A stretch of DNA of 64,000 nt from an uncultured Acidobacteriota bacterium (GTDB taxonomy: Bacteria; Acidobacteriota; Thermoanaerobaculia; Thermoanaerobaculales; Sulfomarinibacteraceae), in contig CAWFFJ010000018.1 in assembly GCA_963814875.1 (NCBI GenBank), positions 333,611 to 397,610 of the forward strand. The letters are read 5' to 3'. Positions 16,763-27,474 of this stretch are shown in pieces. A model generated the notes under the pieces. The model was given only the letters and a program-made list of their open reading frames with translations. It had not been told where the DNA came from and did no database searches. Made by a program: the position numbers and the translations under genes. Numbering within the stretch: the stretch's first letter is position 1; each line of letters opens with the position of its first letter.

Positions 16763-19513
16763 GTGGCGACCAATCCTCGGCAACCCAAGTCTGCGACTCT
16801 CGCCGTAGTCGGCAGCGCCGACTTCGTCGACGAGCTCTACGCCCGCTGGCGTGATGACCCGGAGTCAGTCTCCGAGGACTGGCGTCTGTTCTTCACCGGC
16901 TTCGACCTCGCGATCTGTCCCCGGGACTGCGTGGCCCCGGAGCGTGCGCGGTCCCAGTCACAGGTTGCAAGCCTGATATACGCCTACCGCGCCATTGGCC
17001 ACCTGATTGCGCAGGTCGATCCGCTCGGGAACAACCTCGACAGCCATCCCGAGCTCGAGCTCGAGGCCTTTGGCCTCACCGACCGTGAGCTCGACCAGGC
17101 CTTCGACACCGGGCACCTCGGCGGGCCGCCTCGGGCGACGCTGCGCGAGATCCTCGCCGTCCTCAAAGACACCTACTGCCGCTCGGTCGGCGTCGAGTAC
17201 ATCCACATCCAGGATCGCGAGGTCCGTCGGTGGCTCCAGAGCCAGATGGAGCCGGTGCGCAATCGACCGTCGCTCGACAAGGCCGCCAAGCTCGAAATTC
17301 TCACCCAGCTGACCGATGCCGAGATTTTCGAGACCTTCATCCAGAGCCGATACCCGGGGCAGAAGCGGTTCTCGCTCGAAGGAGCCGAAAGCCTGATTCC
17401 GGCGCTGCGGGCGTTCATCGAGGCGGCCGGCGAGTTCGGAGCGGATGAGATCGTGGTCGGCATGGCCCACCGCGGCCGTCTCAACGTCCTCGCCAACATC
17501 CTCCACAAGCCCTACCAGCTCATCTTCCACGAGTTCGAGGACAACCTGCAGCCCGACGCCGTCGGCGGCGACGGCGATGTCAAGTACCACCGCGGGTACG
17601 GCTCGCACCTCACGACCGCGACCGGCAAGGTCCTCAACGTCACCCTGACCGCAAACCCCAGCCATCTCGAGGCGGTCGACCCGGTGGTCGAAGGCCGTGC
17701 TCGAGCCAAGCAGCGGCGCCGCAACGACACCGAGGCGCGCGCCAAGGTCATCCCCCTGTTGATCCACGGCGACGCCGCCTTCGCTGGCCAGGGGCTCGTT
17801 GCCGAGACCCTCAACCTCTCGCAGCTCGCCGGTTACCGTACCGGAGGCACCGTCCACATCGTCGTCAACAACCAGATCGGCTTCACCACGATGCCGGGCG
17901 AGGCGCGCTCGTCGCGCTACCCGACGGACGTGGCGAAGCTGGTCGAGGCGCCCATCTTCCACGTCAACGGCGACGACCCGGAGGCCGTGGTCTACGTCGT
18001 CGGGCTCGCGCTGGCCTTTCGCCAAAAGTTCCACCGCGACGTCGTCATCGACATGTTGTGCTACCGGCGCCACGGCCACAACGAAGGCGACGAGCCGGCG
18101 TTCACCCAACCGGTGATGTATCAGAAGATCCGCAACCGCCCCTCGGTGCGCAAGCTGTATCAGCTCGATCTCGAAGGCTCCCGGACGATCACCCTCGGCG
18201 AGAGCAGCCGCATCGCGGACGAGTTCCAGAGCCGCCTCCTGGACGCCTTCAACGGCGCCAAGGGCAGCTGTCCCCTCGACCTGCTCCACGAGCACGCCTA
18301 CACCGGGCTGTGGAAGGGCCTCAACACCCCCTACTCCCACGATCCGGTCTCGACGGGCATGGCCAAGAAGGCACTGGTGGCCGTTTCGCGGGCTCTGACA
18401 ACGGTTCCCGCGGGCTTCCACCTCAACCCGAAGATCCAGCGCCGGCTCCCGGGGCAGCTCAAGGCGGCCGAAAAGGGCGGCGACATCGACTGGCCAAACG
18501 CCGAGCTGCTCGCGATCGGCTCGCTGCTCACGGAGGGGATCCCGGTGCGCCTCAGTGGCCAGGACAGCACCCGCGGCACCTTCTCGCAGCGTCACGCGGT
18601 CTGGTACGACACCAAGTCGCAGGAAGCCTATATCCCGTTGAACCACGTTGCCTCCGGTCAGGAACGGTTCTGCGTCTACAACAGCATGCTGTCCGAAGCC
18701 GCGGTGCTCGGTTTCGACTATGGCTACTCTCTGGTCGACCCGGACATCCTGGTTCTCTGGGAGGCCCAGTTCGGCGACTTCGCCAACGGCGCCCAGGTGA
18801 TCATCGATCAGTTCATCGCCGCGTCGTTGGACAAGTGGGAGCGGTCGAGCGGGCTGGTGATGCTGCTGCCCCACGGTTACGAGGGCCAGGGCCCCGATCA
18901 TTCCAGCGCCTACCTCGAACGCTACCTGACCTTGTGCGCCGAGGACAACATCCAGGTCTGCAACTTCACCACGCCGGCCCAGTACTTCCACGCCCTCCGG
19001 CGCCAGGTCAAACGCCCCTTCCGGCGACCGCTGGTGATCATGTCGCCGAAGAGCCTGCTCCGTCACAAACGCTGCGTGTCGCCGTTCGGCGACCTGGTGA
19101 AGGGCAGGTTTCACGAGGTCCTGGACGACCCCGCACGGCCGACGGCGAAGCCGAAACGACTCCTGATGTGCTCGGGCAAGATCTTCTACGACCTGCTCGA
19201 GCGGCGTGAGGCCGACGGGATCAACGACGCGGCCATCGTCAGGGTCGAGCAGCTCTACCCGTTCCACGAGGAGCTGCTCCGCCGCGTGACCGAGCCCTAC
19301 CGTGAGGCGGCCGAGGTCCTGTGGGTTCAGGAGGAGACCCGTAACCGGGGCGCCTGGAGCTACATCTCGCCGCGCTTAGCCGAGATCTTCCCGGACCGGC
19401 GGGTCCGCTACCTCGGCCGCGCGGAGAGCGCGAGCCCGGCGACGGGCTCGGCGCGGATCCACCGCGAGCAGCAGGCGGCGATCGTGGCCGAAGCGCTGGG
19501 CGTGTCGGACTGA
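16763..19513 (+). CDS. sucA: 2-oxoglutarate dehydrogenase E1 component
   Basis: 916 aa. Characteristic [76 protein letters not shown] start 10 nt after GGAGGA. Confidence 0.95.
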   Translation: MATNPRQPKSATLAVVGSADFVDELYARWRDDPESVSEDWRLFFTGFDLAICPRDCVAPERARSQSQVASLIYAYRAIGHLIAQVDPLGNNLDSHPELELEAFGLTDRELDQAFDTGHLGGPPRATLREILAVLKDTYCRSVGVEYIHIQDREVRRWLQSQMEPVRNRPSLDKAAKLEILTQLTDAEIFETFIQSRYPGQKRFSLEGAESLIPALRAFIEAAGEFGADEIVVGMAHRGRLNVLANILHKPYQLIFHEFEDNLQPDAVGGDGDVKYHRGYGSHLTTATGKVLNVTLTANPSHLEAVDPVVEGRARAKQRRRNDTEARAKVIPLLIHGDAAFAGQGLVAETLNLSQLAGYRTGGTVHIVVNNQIGFTTMPGEARSSRYPTDVAKLVEAPIFHVNGDDPEAVVYVVGLALAFRQKFHRDVVIDMLCYRRHGHNEGDEPAFTQPVMYQKIRNRPSVRKLYQLDLEGSRTITLGESSRIADEFQSRLLDAFNGAKGSCPLDLLHEHAYTGLWKGLNTPYSHDPVSTGMAKKALVAVSRALTTVPAGFHLNPKIQRRLPGQLKAAEKGGDIDWPNAELLAIGSLLTEGIPVRLSGQDSTRGTFSQRHAVWYDTKSQEAYIPLNHVASGQERFCVYNSMLSEAAVLGFDYGYSLVDPDILVLWEAQFGDFANGAQVIIDQFIAASLDKWERSSGLVMLLPHGYEGQGPDHSSAYLERYLTLCAEDNIQVCNFTTPAQYFHALRRQVKRPFRRPLVIMSPKSLLRHKRCVSPFGDLVKGRFHEVLDDPARPTAKPKRLLMCSGKIFYDLLERREADGINDAAIVRVEQLYPFHEELLRRVTEPYREAAEVLWVQEETRNRGAWSYISPRLAEIFPDRRVRYLGRAESASPATGSARIHREQQAAIVAEALGVSD

Positions 19514-19538
19514 GCCCGAGCCACCAAAGGAGCGCACC

Positions 19539-20866
<1,328 letters not shown>

Positions 20867-20870
<4 letters not shown>

Positions 20871-22273
20871 GCGTGGCCCCGACCTACGACCTCGTGATCC
20901 TCGGCGCCGGTCCTGGAGGCTACGTGTGCGCCATCCGCGCCGCCCAGCTCGGCCTCAAGGTCGCGCTGGTCGAGAAGCGCCGCACCCTCGGCGGCACCTG
21001 CCTCAACATCGGCTGCATCCCGTCCAAGGCGCTGCTCGAGTCCAGCGAGGTCTACGCCCGCACTCTCACGGAGATCGCCGAGCACGGCGTGGTCGCAGCG
21101 GGCGTCACGCTTGACCTGGAGCGAATGCTGACCCGCAAGGCGCGCATCGTCCAGGAGCTGGTCGAGGGCGTCGCGATGCTGATGAAGAAGAACAAGGTCG
21201 ACGTCTTCACCGGTCACGGCATGGTCACTGCGAAGGACCGCGTGAGGGTCCACGGCGACGACTCCGACACCGAGCTCGAGACCCGCAACATCTGCCTCGC
21301 GATGGGCTCCGAACCGGTCGAGCTGCCGTTCATGAAGTTCGACGGCGAGCGAATCGTGTCCTCGACAGAGGCGCTTTCCTTCGCCAAGGTACCCAAGAAG
21401 ATGGTGGTCGTCGGCGCGGGCGCGGTCGGGCTCGAGATAGGTAGCGTGTGGCGGCGGCTCGGCGCCGAGGTCACGGTGGTCGAGCTGCTCCCGAGCATCA
21501 CGCCCTTCGCCGACAAGCAGATGGCCGGCACTCTCCAGCGAGCGCTGGCCGAGCAAGGGATCGAGTTCCTGCTCGAGGCCAAGGTCACCGGGGCGAAGGT
21601 ACTCAAGAAGAGCGTCAAGGTCTCGGTCGAGACCAAGGACGGGGAGACCCGTGAGCTGCCCTGCGACGTGGTGCTGGTGTCGGTGGGTCGAAGGTCGGTG
21701 ACCCGAGGCTGCGGCCTCGAGGACGTGGGCGTGGAGCTCGACGAGGCCGGACGGGTCAAGGTCGACGAGCACCTCCGGACGTCGGTCGACGGCATCTGGG
21801 CGATCGGCGACCTCGTGCGCGGGCCGATGCTCGCCCACAAGGCGGAGGACGAGGGCATCGCGCTGGCCGAGACCCTCGCAGGCCAACCAGGCCACGTCAA
21901 CTACGGCACGATTCCGAACGTGGTCTACACGGAGCCGGAGCTGGCCATGGTCGGCAAGACCGAGGCCGAGCTCAAGGAGGCGGGCATCCCGTACTCCACC
22001 GGCCGCTTCATGTTCCGACCCAACGGCCGCGCGAAGAGCCTCGGACAGCTCCACGGCATGGTCAAGATCCTCGCCGATGCCTCAACCGACCGCATCCTGG
22101 GTGTGCACATGGTCGGACCGCGAGTTTCGGAACTGATCGCGGAGGCTGTTGTGGCGATGGAGTTCGCGGCCTCGGCCGAGGACCTGGCGCGGACCTGCCA
22201 CGCCCACCCGACCCTGACCGAGGTCGTGCGCGAGGCGGCGATGGCGGTCGACAAGCGGGCGATTCACGCCTGA
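20867..22273 (+). CDS. lpdA: dihydrolipoyl dehydrogenase (E3)
   Basis: [13 protein letters not shown], redox-active [14 protein letters not shown]-terminal [11 protein letters not shown] start overlaps the sucB TGA. Confidence 0.95.
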
Positions 22274-22358
22274 CGGAGAGTGCAGGGCACGGCCTCGCAT
22301 CCGCGTGCCGCTCGGTGGCTCCGTTCCCCGTGAAGCTCGCTGTGGTACAAGTTTCGTC

Positions 22359-23279
22359 ATGACCACTCCTCGCCGCGCCACCGGCTTCGCCGCCCTTGCC
22401 CTCATGCTGCTCACAACCGCCTGCGCGAAGCCTGCGCCGCCCGCCGATCCCGCGTACGTCGCAGGGATCGAGTCCTGGCGGTCGGATCGCCTCGCCCGGC
22501 TGACCGCCGACGACGGCTGGCTGACCCTGGTCGGCCTCGAGTGGCTCGAGCCAGGCGCCAACCCGTTCGGCGGTGACGCGTCGCTGCCCGTGGTGCTGCC
22601 CGGCGACGCCGTCCCGGCGAAGGTCGGCGTGCTCGAGGTTGGCGACGACGGGACGGTCACGGTCACCGCCGAACCGGGCTCGGGGCTTGAGCTGGGCGGG
22701 CAGCCGATGACCACGGCAACCCTCGCGACCGACGCCGACGGCACGCCCGATGTGCTCCGGCTCGGCCGCCTCTCGATGTACGTCATCCGCCGCGGCGACC
22801 GCTTCGCCCTGCGCATCAAGGACCCCGAGGCCGCCACGCGGCGCGACTTCAAGGGCATCGACACTTACCCCGTCGATCCGACGTTCAAGGTCACGGCGCG
22901 TCTCGAACGCTACCCGGCGCCGCGGTCGGTCGCCGTTCCGACCATCGTCGGCATCGACGAGGAGATGCTCGCTCCCGGACGCCTGATGTTCACGCTCAGC
23001 GGGCGCGCGCTGTCGCTCGAGCCGCTCATCTCGGCACCGGACGACCGCGAGCTGTTCGTGATCTTCCGCGACGCGACCTCGGGCGACACCACCTACGGCG
23101 CCGGCCGCTTCCTGTCTGCCGATCTCGAGGCCGATGGCTCCGCCGTGCTCGACTTCAACCGCGCCTACAACCCGCCGTGCGCGTTCACGCCGTTCGCCAC
23201 CTGCCCGCTGCCGCCGGAGGGCAACGACCTCGACGTGGCCATCACCGTCGGCGAGAGGTACCACGGTCCGAAGCACTAG
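22359..23279 (+). CDS. DUF1684 domain-containing lipoprotein
   Basis: Lipobox LLTTAC after MTTPRRATGFAALALM. C-terminal half FRDATSGDTTYGAGRFL ... FNRAYNPPCAFTPFATCPLPP is typical of DUF1684. Confidence 0.85.
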   Translation: MTTPRRATGFAALALMLLTTACAKPAPPADPAYVAGIESWRSDRLARLTADDGWLTLVGLEWLEPGANPFGGDASLPVVLPGDAVPAKVGVLEVGDDGTVTVTAEPGSGLELGGQPMTTATLATDADGTPDVLRLGRLSMYVIRRGDRFALRIKDPEAATRRDFKGIDTYPVDPTFKVTARLERYPAPRSVAVPTIVGIDEEMLAPGRLMFTLSGRALSLEPLISAPDDRELFVIFRDATSGDTTYGAGRFLSADLEADGSAVLDFNRAYNPPCAFTPFATCPLPPEGNDLDVAITVGERYHGPKH

Positions 23280-23458
23280 GATTTCCACACACATCGACCC
23301 GGGACGAAGTTTGCAGGGTGCGCAACGTTCCCGGCGGGCCGATGGCGAACGAAATCCTATGACGCGCTGCGCGAATCAAGTGAAGAGCTGCGCATCGGAC
23401 TGATCTCAGGAGAGTTACAGCGTGAGGACCGGGGCCGCGAGCGGCCCTGGTTGGGCTG

Positions 23459-23782
23459 TCACCGGGGCCTGTTGTCGGACCCTCGGGCCTCCGAGCCCGC
23501 CTCTTCTCGCTCGATCACGAGGGCATTGTCGCCGTCGCCGGGGCACCCGGCGGCATGGGTCGCACGGACCTGCCGATAACCCTCGGGCACCGGCGAGACC
23601 GCGCACACCAGCTCCCGTTCGCCCGGTCGCTTGACCACCCACCCGTTCTGGTCTCCGCCTGAGCAGGCCGCCGAGTGGCACTCGGCGACGATCACCCAAC
23701 CCTCCGGCACCTTGGACGCCTTGCACACGACGCGGTGCTTGTGCGCCCGCCCGGTCACGCCACACCTCGCCGACGGCGCCAC
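23459..23782 (-). CDS. small Cys-rich hypothetical protein with an internal tandem ~40-aa repeat
   Basis: The two repeat units align: VVCKASKVPEGWVIVAECHSAACSGGDQNGWVVKR and LVCAVSPVPEGYRQVRATHAAGCPGDGDNALVIER. The start overlaps the upstream gene end by 28 nt. No family recognised. Confidence 0.45.
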   Translation of the reverse strand: MAPSARCGVTGRAHKHRVVCKASKVPEGWVIVAECHSAACSGGDQNGWVVKRPGERELVCAVSPVPEGYRQVRATHAAGCPGDGDNALVIEREEAGSEARGSDNRPR

Positions 23783-24729
23783 ATCCGCTCGAGCTCGTCG
23801 ACCATGTCGATGTCGGCGCGGATGCCGTTGACCTGGTTGATCTGGACGATCGTCGTCGGGCTGGTGACGTTGACCTCGGTCAAGTGCTCGCCAATAAAGT
23901 CGAGACCGATGAGGTAGATGCCGATCTGGTTGAGCTCGGCGGCGACGGTGCGGCAGGCGTCGAGCTGGCGTGGCGTGGGATCAAGCCTGGCCGCCGTCGC
24001 CCCCTGGTGCAGGTTGGCGAGGCGGGAGCCCGATCGCGGAACCCGCAGCACCGAGCCGAGAACGCGGTCGTTGAGGGTCAGGATGCGGAGGTCGCCGGTC
24101 GACTCGATCGCCTTCAGGTAGGGTTGGACGATGACCTCCGGGCCCCACTCGCGCCAGAAAACCTCGAGCTGCTCGCGCGGCGCATCGGGCGGGACGAAGG
24201 TGATGCCGATACCACAGTAGGTCCCTTTGGGCTTCAGCACCGCCTCGCCCGGCTGCTGCCGGACCGCGTTCTCGAGCTCTTCCGCCGACGCGCAGATCCA
24301 GGTCGGCGCGGCGTACTCCGGCCAGCGTAGGGCAAGGGTGTGCTCGGAGAGCTCGTAGGTGGCGGGCGGCCGGTTGACCTGAACGACATGCTCCGGAGCG
24401 TGCACGAAATGGCGGTGGTGGCGGACGTAGGTCGCGTCGACCGGAGGGTCCTTGCGCTGCAGGACGACGTGGTACTCGGCCACGTCCGCGGTACGCGCCG
24501 GTCCGAGCTCCCAGAACGGCATCGCGCTCGCGTCCGCGTGGACCACCTGCCGGACCGGTAGGGTGTCCAGGTAGCGATCGGTCGGCAGCTCCGCGTCGTG
24601 GGAGAGCAGGTCGAGGTAGTCGACGTGGAAGCCCCTGGCGAGCAGCTCACGGCTCACGCACACCGCGAGGTCGAACGTAGGGTTGAGGGTGTCCACGGGA
24701 TCGGCAACGAGGAGGTATCGGCTGCTCAT
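23755..24729 (-). CDS. gshB: glutathione synthetase-type ATP-grasp ligase (GshB-like)
   Basis: N-domain YLLVADPVDTLNPTFDLAVCVSRELLARG; ATP-grasp core LKPKGTYCGIGI, GDLRILTLN; end EVNVTSPTTIVQINQVNG. Start ATG 24729. Confidence 0.75.
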   Translation of the reverse strand: MSSRYLLVADPVDTLNPTFDLAVCVSRELLARGFHVDYLDLLSHDAELPTDRYLDTLPVRQVVHADASAMPFWELGPARTADVAEYHVVLQRKDPPVDATYVRHHRHFVHAPEHVVQVNRPPATYELSEHTLALRWPEYAAPTWICASAEELENAVRQQPGEAVLKPKGTYCGIGITFVPPDAPREQLEVFWREWGPEVIVQPYLKAIESTGDLRILTLNDRVLGSVLRVPRSGSRLANLHQGATAARLDPTPRQLDACRTVAAELNQIGIYLIGLDFIGEHLTEVNVTSPTTIVQINQVNGIRADIDMVDELERMWRRRRGVA

Positions 24730-24785
24730 CGCAGTCCCCAACATCGACCCTCGCCCACTGCTTCCCACCAGGAATCCGAGCAGGA

Positions 24786-24923
24786 TTCACCACAGAGGCA
24801 CAGAGGCACAGAGAGGAGCACGGAGCCCGCCTCCCGTCGCTTCTTCTCGCGGCATGTCCGGCGCGCGCTGCGCCGGCCATGCCGCGAGGGGAGGGCGGGT
24901 GGCCTCTGTGCCTCTGTGGTTCA
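24786..24923. repeat. palindromic intergenic element, CACAGAGG-type (about 138 bp)
   Basis: The left arm TTCACCACAGAGGCACAGAGGCACAGAGAGG pairs with the right arm CCTCTGTGCCTCTGTGGTTCA (18-nt perfect complement ACCACAGAGGCACAGAGG). Inner arms also pair: CTCGCGGCATG/CATGCCGCGAG and CCGGCGC/GCGCCGG. Confidence 0.85.
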
Positions 24924-25694
24924 CTCTGTCCGTCGGTGGACGTTGACCGCGGAGGCCTGCGCGCTCGGCAGCAGCACCATCTCGCGCACGTTGACGTGAG
25001 CGGGCAGGCTCGCGCAGTACAGCACCGCCTCTGCGACGTCCTCTGCTCGAAGCGGCTCGATCCCGCGGTAGACGGTTGCCGCACGATCGTCGTCGCCATG
25101 GAAGCGGACGACCGAGAACTCGGTCTCGACCAGGCCGGGATCGATCGAGCTGACCCGGACGCCGGTGCCGAGCGTGTCGATTGCAATTGAGCGGGTCAGG
25201 GCCGTGACTGCGTGCTTGGTGGCGCAGTAGACGTTGCCGCCCGGGTAGACCTCGTGGCCCGCGATCGAGCCGATCATGATCAGGTGTCCCCGTCCACGCG
25301 CCACCATCCCGGGAAGCAGCGCACGGGTGACGTAGAGCAACCCTTTGACGTTGGTGTCGACCATCTCGTCCCAGTCGTTGGGATCGCCGTCTTGGAGCGG
25401 CGACAGGCCGCGCGCGAGGCCCGCGTTGTTGACCAGCACCTCGACTTCGCCCCATGGCCCTTCAAGGCTCGCCGCCCACTCGGCGACGGCAGCCTGGTCA
25501 CGCACATCGAGAGCGCTCGCGAGAACCTCGGTTCCGTGGCGCTCGGCCAGAGTTCGAGCGAGAGTCTCGACCCGATCGAGTCTGCGCGCGGCAAGCACCA
25601 GACGCGCTCCGCGACCGGCGAAAGCAGCCGCGCAGGCCGCGCCGATTCCGGCGGAGGCTCCGGTGACGACAACTGTCCGACCGGTGAAGTCCAT
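24921..25694 (-). CDS. SDR family NAD(P)-dependent oxidoreductase (YdfG-like)
   Basis: TVVVTGASAGIG, NNAG, active site YCATKHAV. The stop codon lies inside the right arm of a palindromic repeat. Confidence 0.9.
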   Translation of the reverse strand: MDFTGRTVVVTGASAGIGAACAAAFAGRGARLVLAARRLDRVETLARTLAERHGTEVLASALDVRDQAAVAEWAASLEGPWGEVEVLVNNAGLARGLSPLQDGDPNDWDEMVDTNVKGLLYVTRALLPGMVARGRGHLIMIGSIAGHEVYPGGNVYCATKHAVTALTRSIAIDTLGTGVRVSSIDPGLVETEFSVVRFHGDDDRAATVYRGIEPLRAEDVAEAVLYCASLPAHVNVREMVLLPSAQASAVNVHRRTE

Positions 25695-25771
25695 GGCGTG
25701 CTCCTCCCAGAGCCTGAACCCGTCAGGCGGCTCGGAACGATAGCACGCCAGCGAGCCTCGTGAAGAACGTC

Positions 25772-27169
25772 CTAGGCGCCCTCGACAACAAACTCCTCGT
25801 CGCGCTCAGCGGCCTGTCGCTGCCATTCGGGCAGCCAGACGCCGTGTGCCATCGCCCTCAGCTGAGGCTCAAAGAAGAACTCGCGCTCGCCGAAGGCAGG
25901 CTCGAGATCGGTCAACCACCGTGCCTGGGCGTCGAAACGGGCGAAGAAGAGCCGGTTGACCCAGGACTGGTCCCGCCCCTGGATCATCTTCAGCGCGAAG
26001 ACCTTCTCGCCACCCACCTCGGCGATGCCTTCGATCAGCACCTTGCCTGGAGTCGCCGACATCGACGGTCCGCGCACCGTCCTACCCAGGCCGGAGACGC
26101 TGCCCACGGCTTCCGAGAAGATCCGGTAGGCGCGAGCGAGGGGGACCTCGAAGTAGTGCTTCGGTCCGGTGTCCCGCTCGACGAACATGTAGTACGGGAC
26201 CATCCCGAGGCGGACCTCGCTCCGCCACAGGTCGGCCCAGACATCGGCGGCGTCGTTCACGTGCCGGATCAAAGGCGCCTGGCAGCGAATCACAGCGCCT
26301 GTCGCCGTGATCCGCCGGATCGCCTCCTGCACCGCTGCGGTCTCGAGCTCACGCGGATGACTGAAGTGCGCCATGAGAGCAAGCTGGCGGCCGCTCGCGA
26401 CGACCCTCTCGAACAGGCGCAGCAGGTCGTCCGAGTCGGCATCGCTTGTGAAGCGGTACGGCCAGTAGGCCAGAGCCTTCGACCCAAGACGGATCGAAAC
26501 CAGGCGGTCTAGGCGTGGGTCGAGCAGGGCCTCGAAATACCGCTCCAGCACGCTGGTCTTCATGATCAGGGGGTCACCCCCCGTGAACAGCACGTCGCTC
26601 ACCTCGGAATGGCGCTGCAGGTATGCGATGAGCGTGTCCACCTCGCTGTTCGCGAAGCGAAGCTCATCGACCCCGACGAACTGCGCCCAGCGGAAGCAGT
26701 AGGTACAGAAGGCGTGGCAGGTCTGCCCCTGCGATGGAAAGAAGAGCACTGTTTCGCGGTACTTGTGCTGGCAGCCCGGCACCGGTTCTCCGTCGAGAGA
26801 GGGTACGTTGAGCTGCATCTGGCCTGCCGGATGGGGGTTCATCCGCGCCTGGACCCGACGCGCAGCGAAGTGAATCTCCTCCTTGGTGGCACCGGAGGCC
26901 ACCAGATCCTGCATGTGCCGTAGCTCCAGCGGCTCGAGCATTCCCGGCTGCGGGAAGGTGAGCTGGAAGATCGGGTCGCTCGGAATATCGTCCCAGTCGA
27001 TCAGCTCGCTCACGACGTAATCGTTGACGCGAAACGGGAGCACTGCCGAGACCGCCTCGAGGGCGACCCGCTGATCTCCGTTCAACCGCTCGAGCTGCGG
27101 AATACGATCCAGCTGTGCGCGCCCGACGGCGCGATACCGACGCGGGGCAGAAGCGAGAGCTCCGTCCAT
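25772..27169 (-). CDS. KamA-family radical SAM aminomutase (lysine 2,3-aminomutase-like)
   Basis: Cluster motif CHAFCTYCFR (CX3CX2C), DVLFTGGDPL, MAHFSHPRE, VPYYMFVERDTGPKHYF, SATPGKV. AAAGGAGGG RBS precedes ATG 27169. Confidence 0.85.
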   Translation of the reverse strand: MDGALASAPRRYRAVGRAQLDRIPQLERLNGDQRVALEAVSAVLPFRVNDYVVSELIDWDDIPSDPIFQLTFPQPGMLEPLELRHMQDLVASGATKEEIHFAARRVQARMNPHPAGQMQLNVPSLDGEPVPGCQHKYRETVLFFPSQGQTCHAFCTYCFRWAQFVGVDELRFANSEVDTLIAYLQRHSEVSDVLFTGGDPLIMKTSVLERYFEALLDPRLDRLVSIRLGSKALAYWPYRFTSDADSDDLLRLFERVVASGRQLALMAHFSHPRELETAAVQEAIRRITATGAVIRCQAPLIRHVNDAADVWADLWRSEVRLGMVPYYMFVERDTGPKHYFEVPLARAYRIFSEAVGSVSGLGRTVRGPSMSATPGKVLIEGIAEVGGEKVFALKMIQGRDQSWVNRLFFARFDAQARWLTDLEPAFGEREFFFEPQLRAMAHGVWLPEWQRQAAERDEEFVVEGA

Positions 27170-27293
27170 CCCACCCTCCTTTCTCTCGTTCCATCCGGTT
27201 TATCTGAGATGCTTCGTGTACGAAGCTTCTGCACAGCGCCCGGCGTTCTGAGGAAGGCAAGAATCGCGCGCTTCTCCGGGCGGCTTCATGTTA

Positions 27294-27322
27294 AATATAG
27301 CTGACAGAGAGCCCGGCGACAA
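27294..27322 (-). promoter_or_regulatory. candidate sigma-70-type promoter for the KamA-family gene
   Basis: The minus strand reads TTGTCG-17 nt-TATATT inside a locally AT-rich island, about 125 nt upstream of ATG 27169 and just downstream of the preceding terminator hairpin. Confidence 0.4.
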
Positions 27323-27387
27323 CCCCTCGAGGCACCACGAGACTGAGTAACGACGGCCATAGCACCTCGTGGACAGAGGCCGACGAA

Positions 27388-27413
27388 AATGCCGCCGACT
27401 CGGCGGCGGCATT
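27388..27413 (-). terminator. intrinsic-terminator-like hairpin after the sigma-54-controlled gene
   Basis: 10-bp GC-rich stem AATGCCGCCG / CGGCGGCATT with a 6-nt loop, followed on the minus strand by TTCG (a run of four T when the stem end is counted). About 60 nt after the stop at 27475. Confidence 0.55.
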
Positions 27414-27474
27414 CTCGTCCGGTCCATTGAACGGTCATGGCCTGCGGCACAGAGTTCGCCGCAGCCTGGGGAAA

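Noticed and set aside
16958-19267. 769-aa ORF antisense to sucA
   Set aside because: It fully overlaps a gene with unmistakable 2-oxoglutarate dehydrogenase E1 motifs. Its translation is low-complexity (R/G/A/V/D-rich) with no recognisable motif, as expected for a GC-rich shadow frame.
23277-23359. 9-bp inverted repeat TAGGATTTC ... GAAATCCTA after the DUF1684 gene
   Set aside because: The arms are short, the spacer is 65 nt, and inner pairing is imperfect. It could be a terminator, but it is not distinguishable from chance without folding statistics.
24789-24816. Tandem CACAGAGG 8-mers considered as a CRISPR array or microsatellite
   Set aside because: There are only 2-3 contiguous 8-nt units with no spacers. 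They form the arm of a larger inverted repeat, and no cas genes are present.
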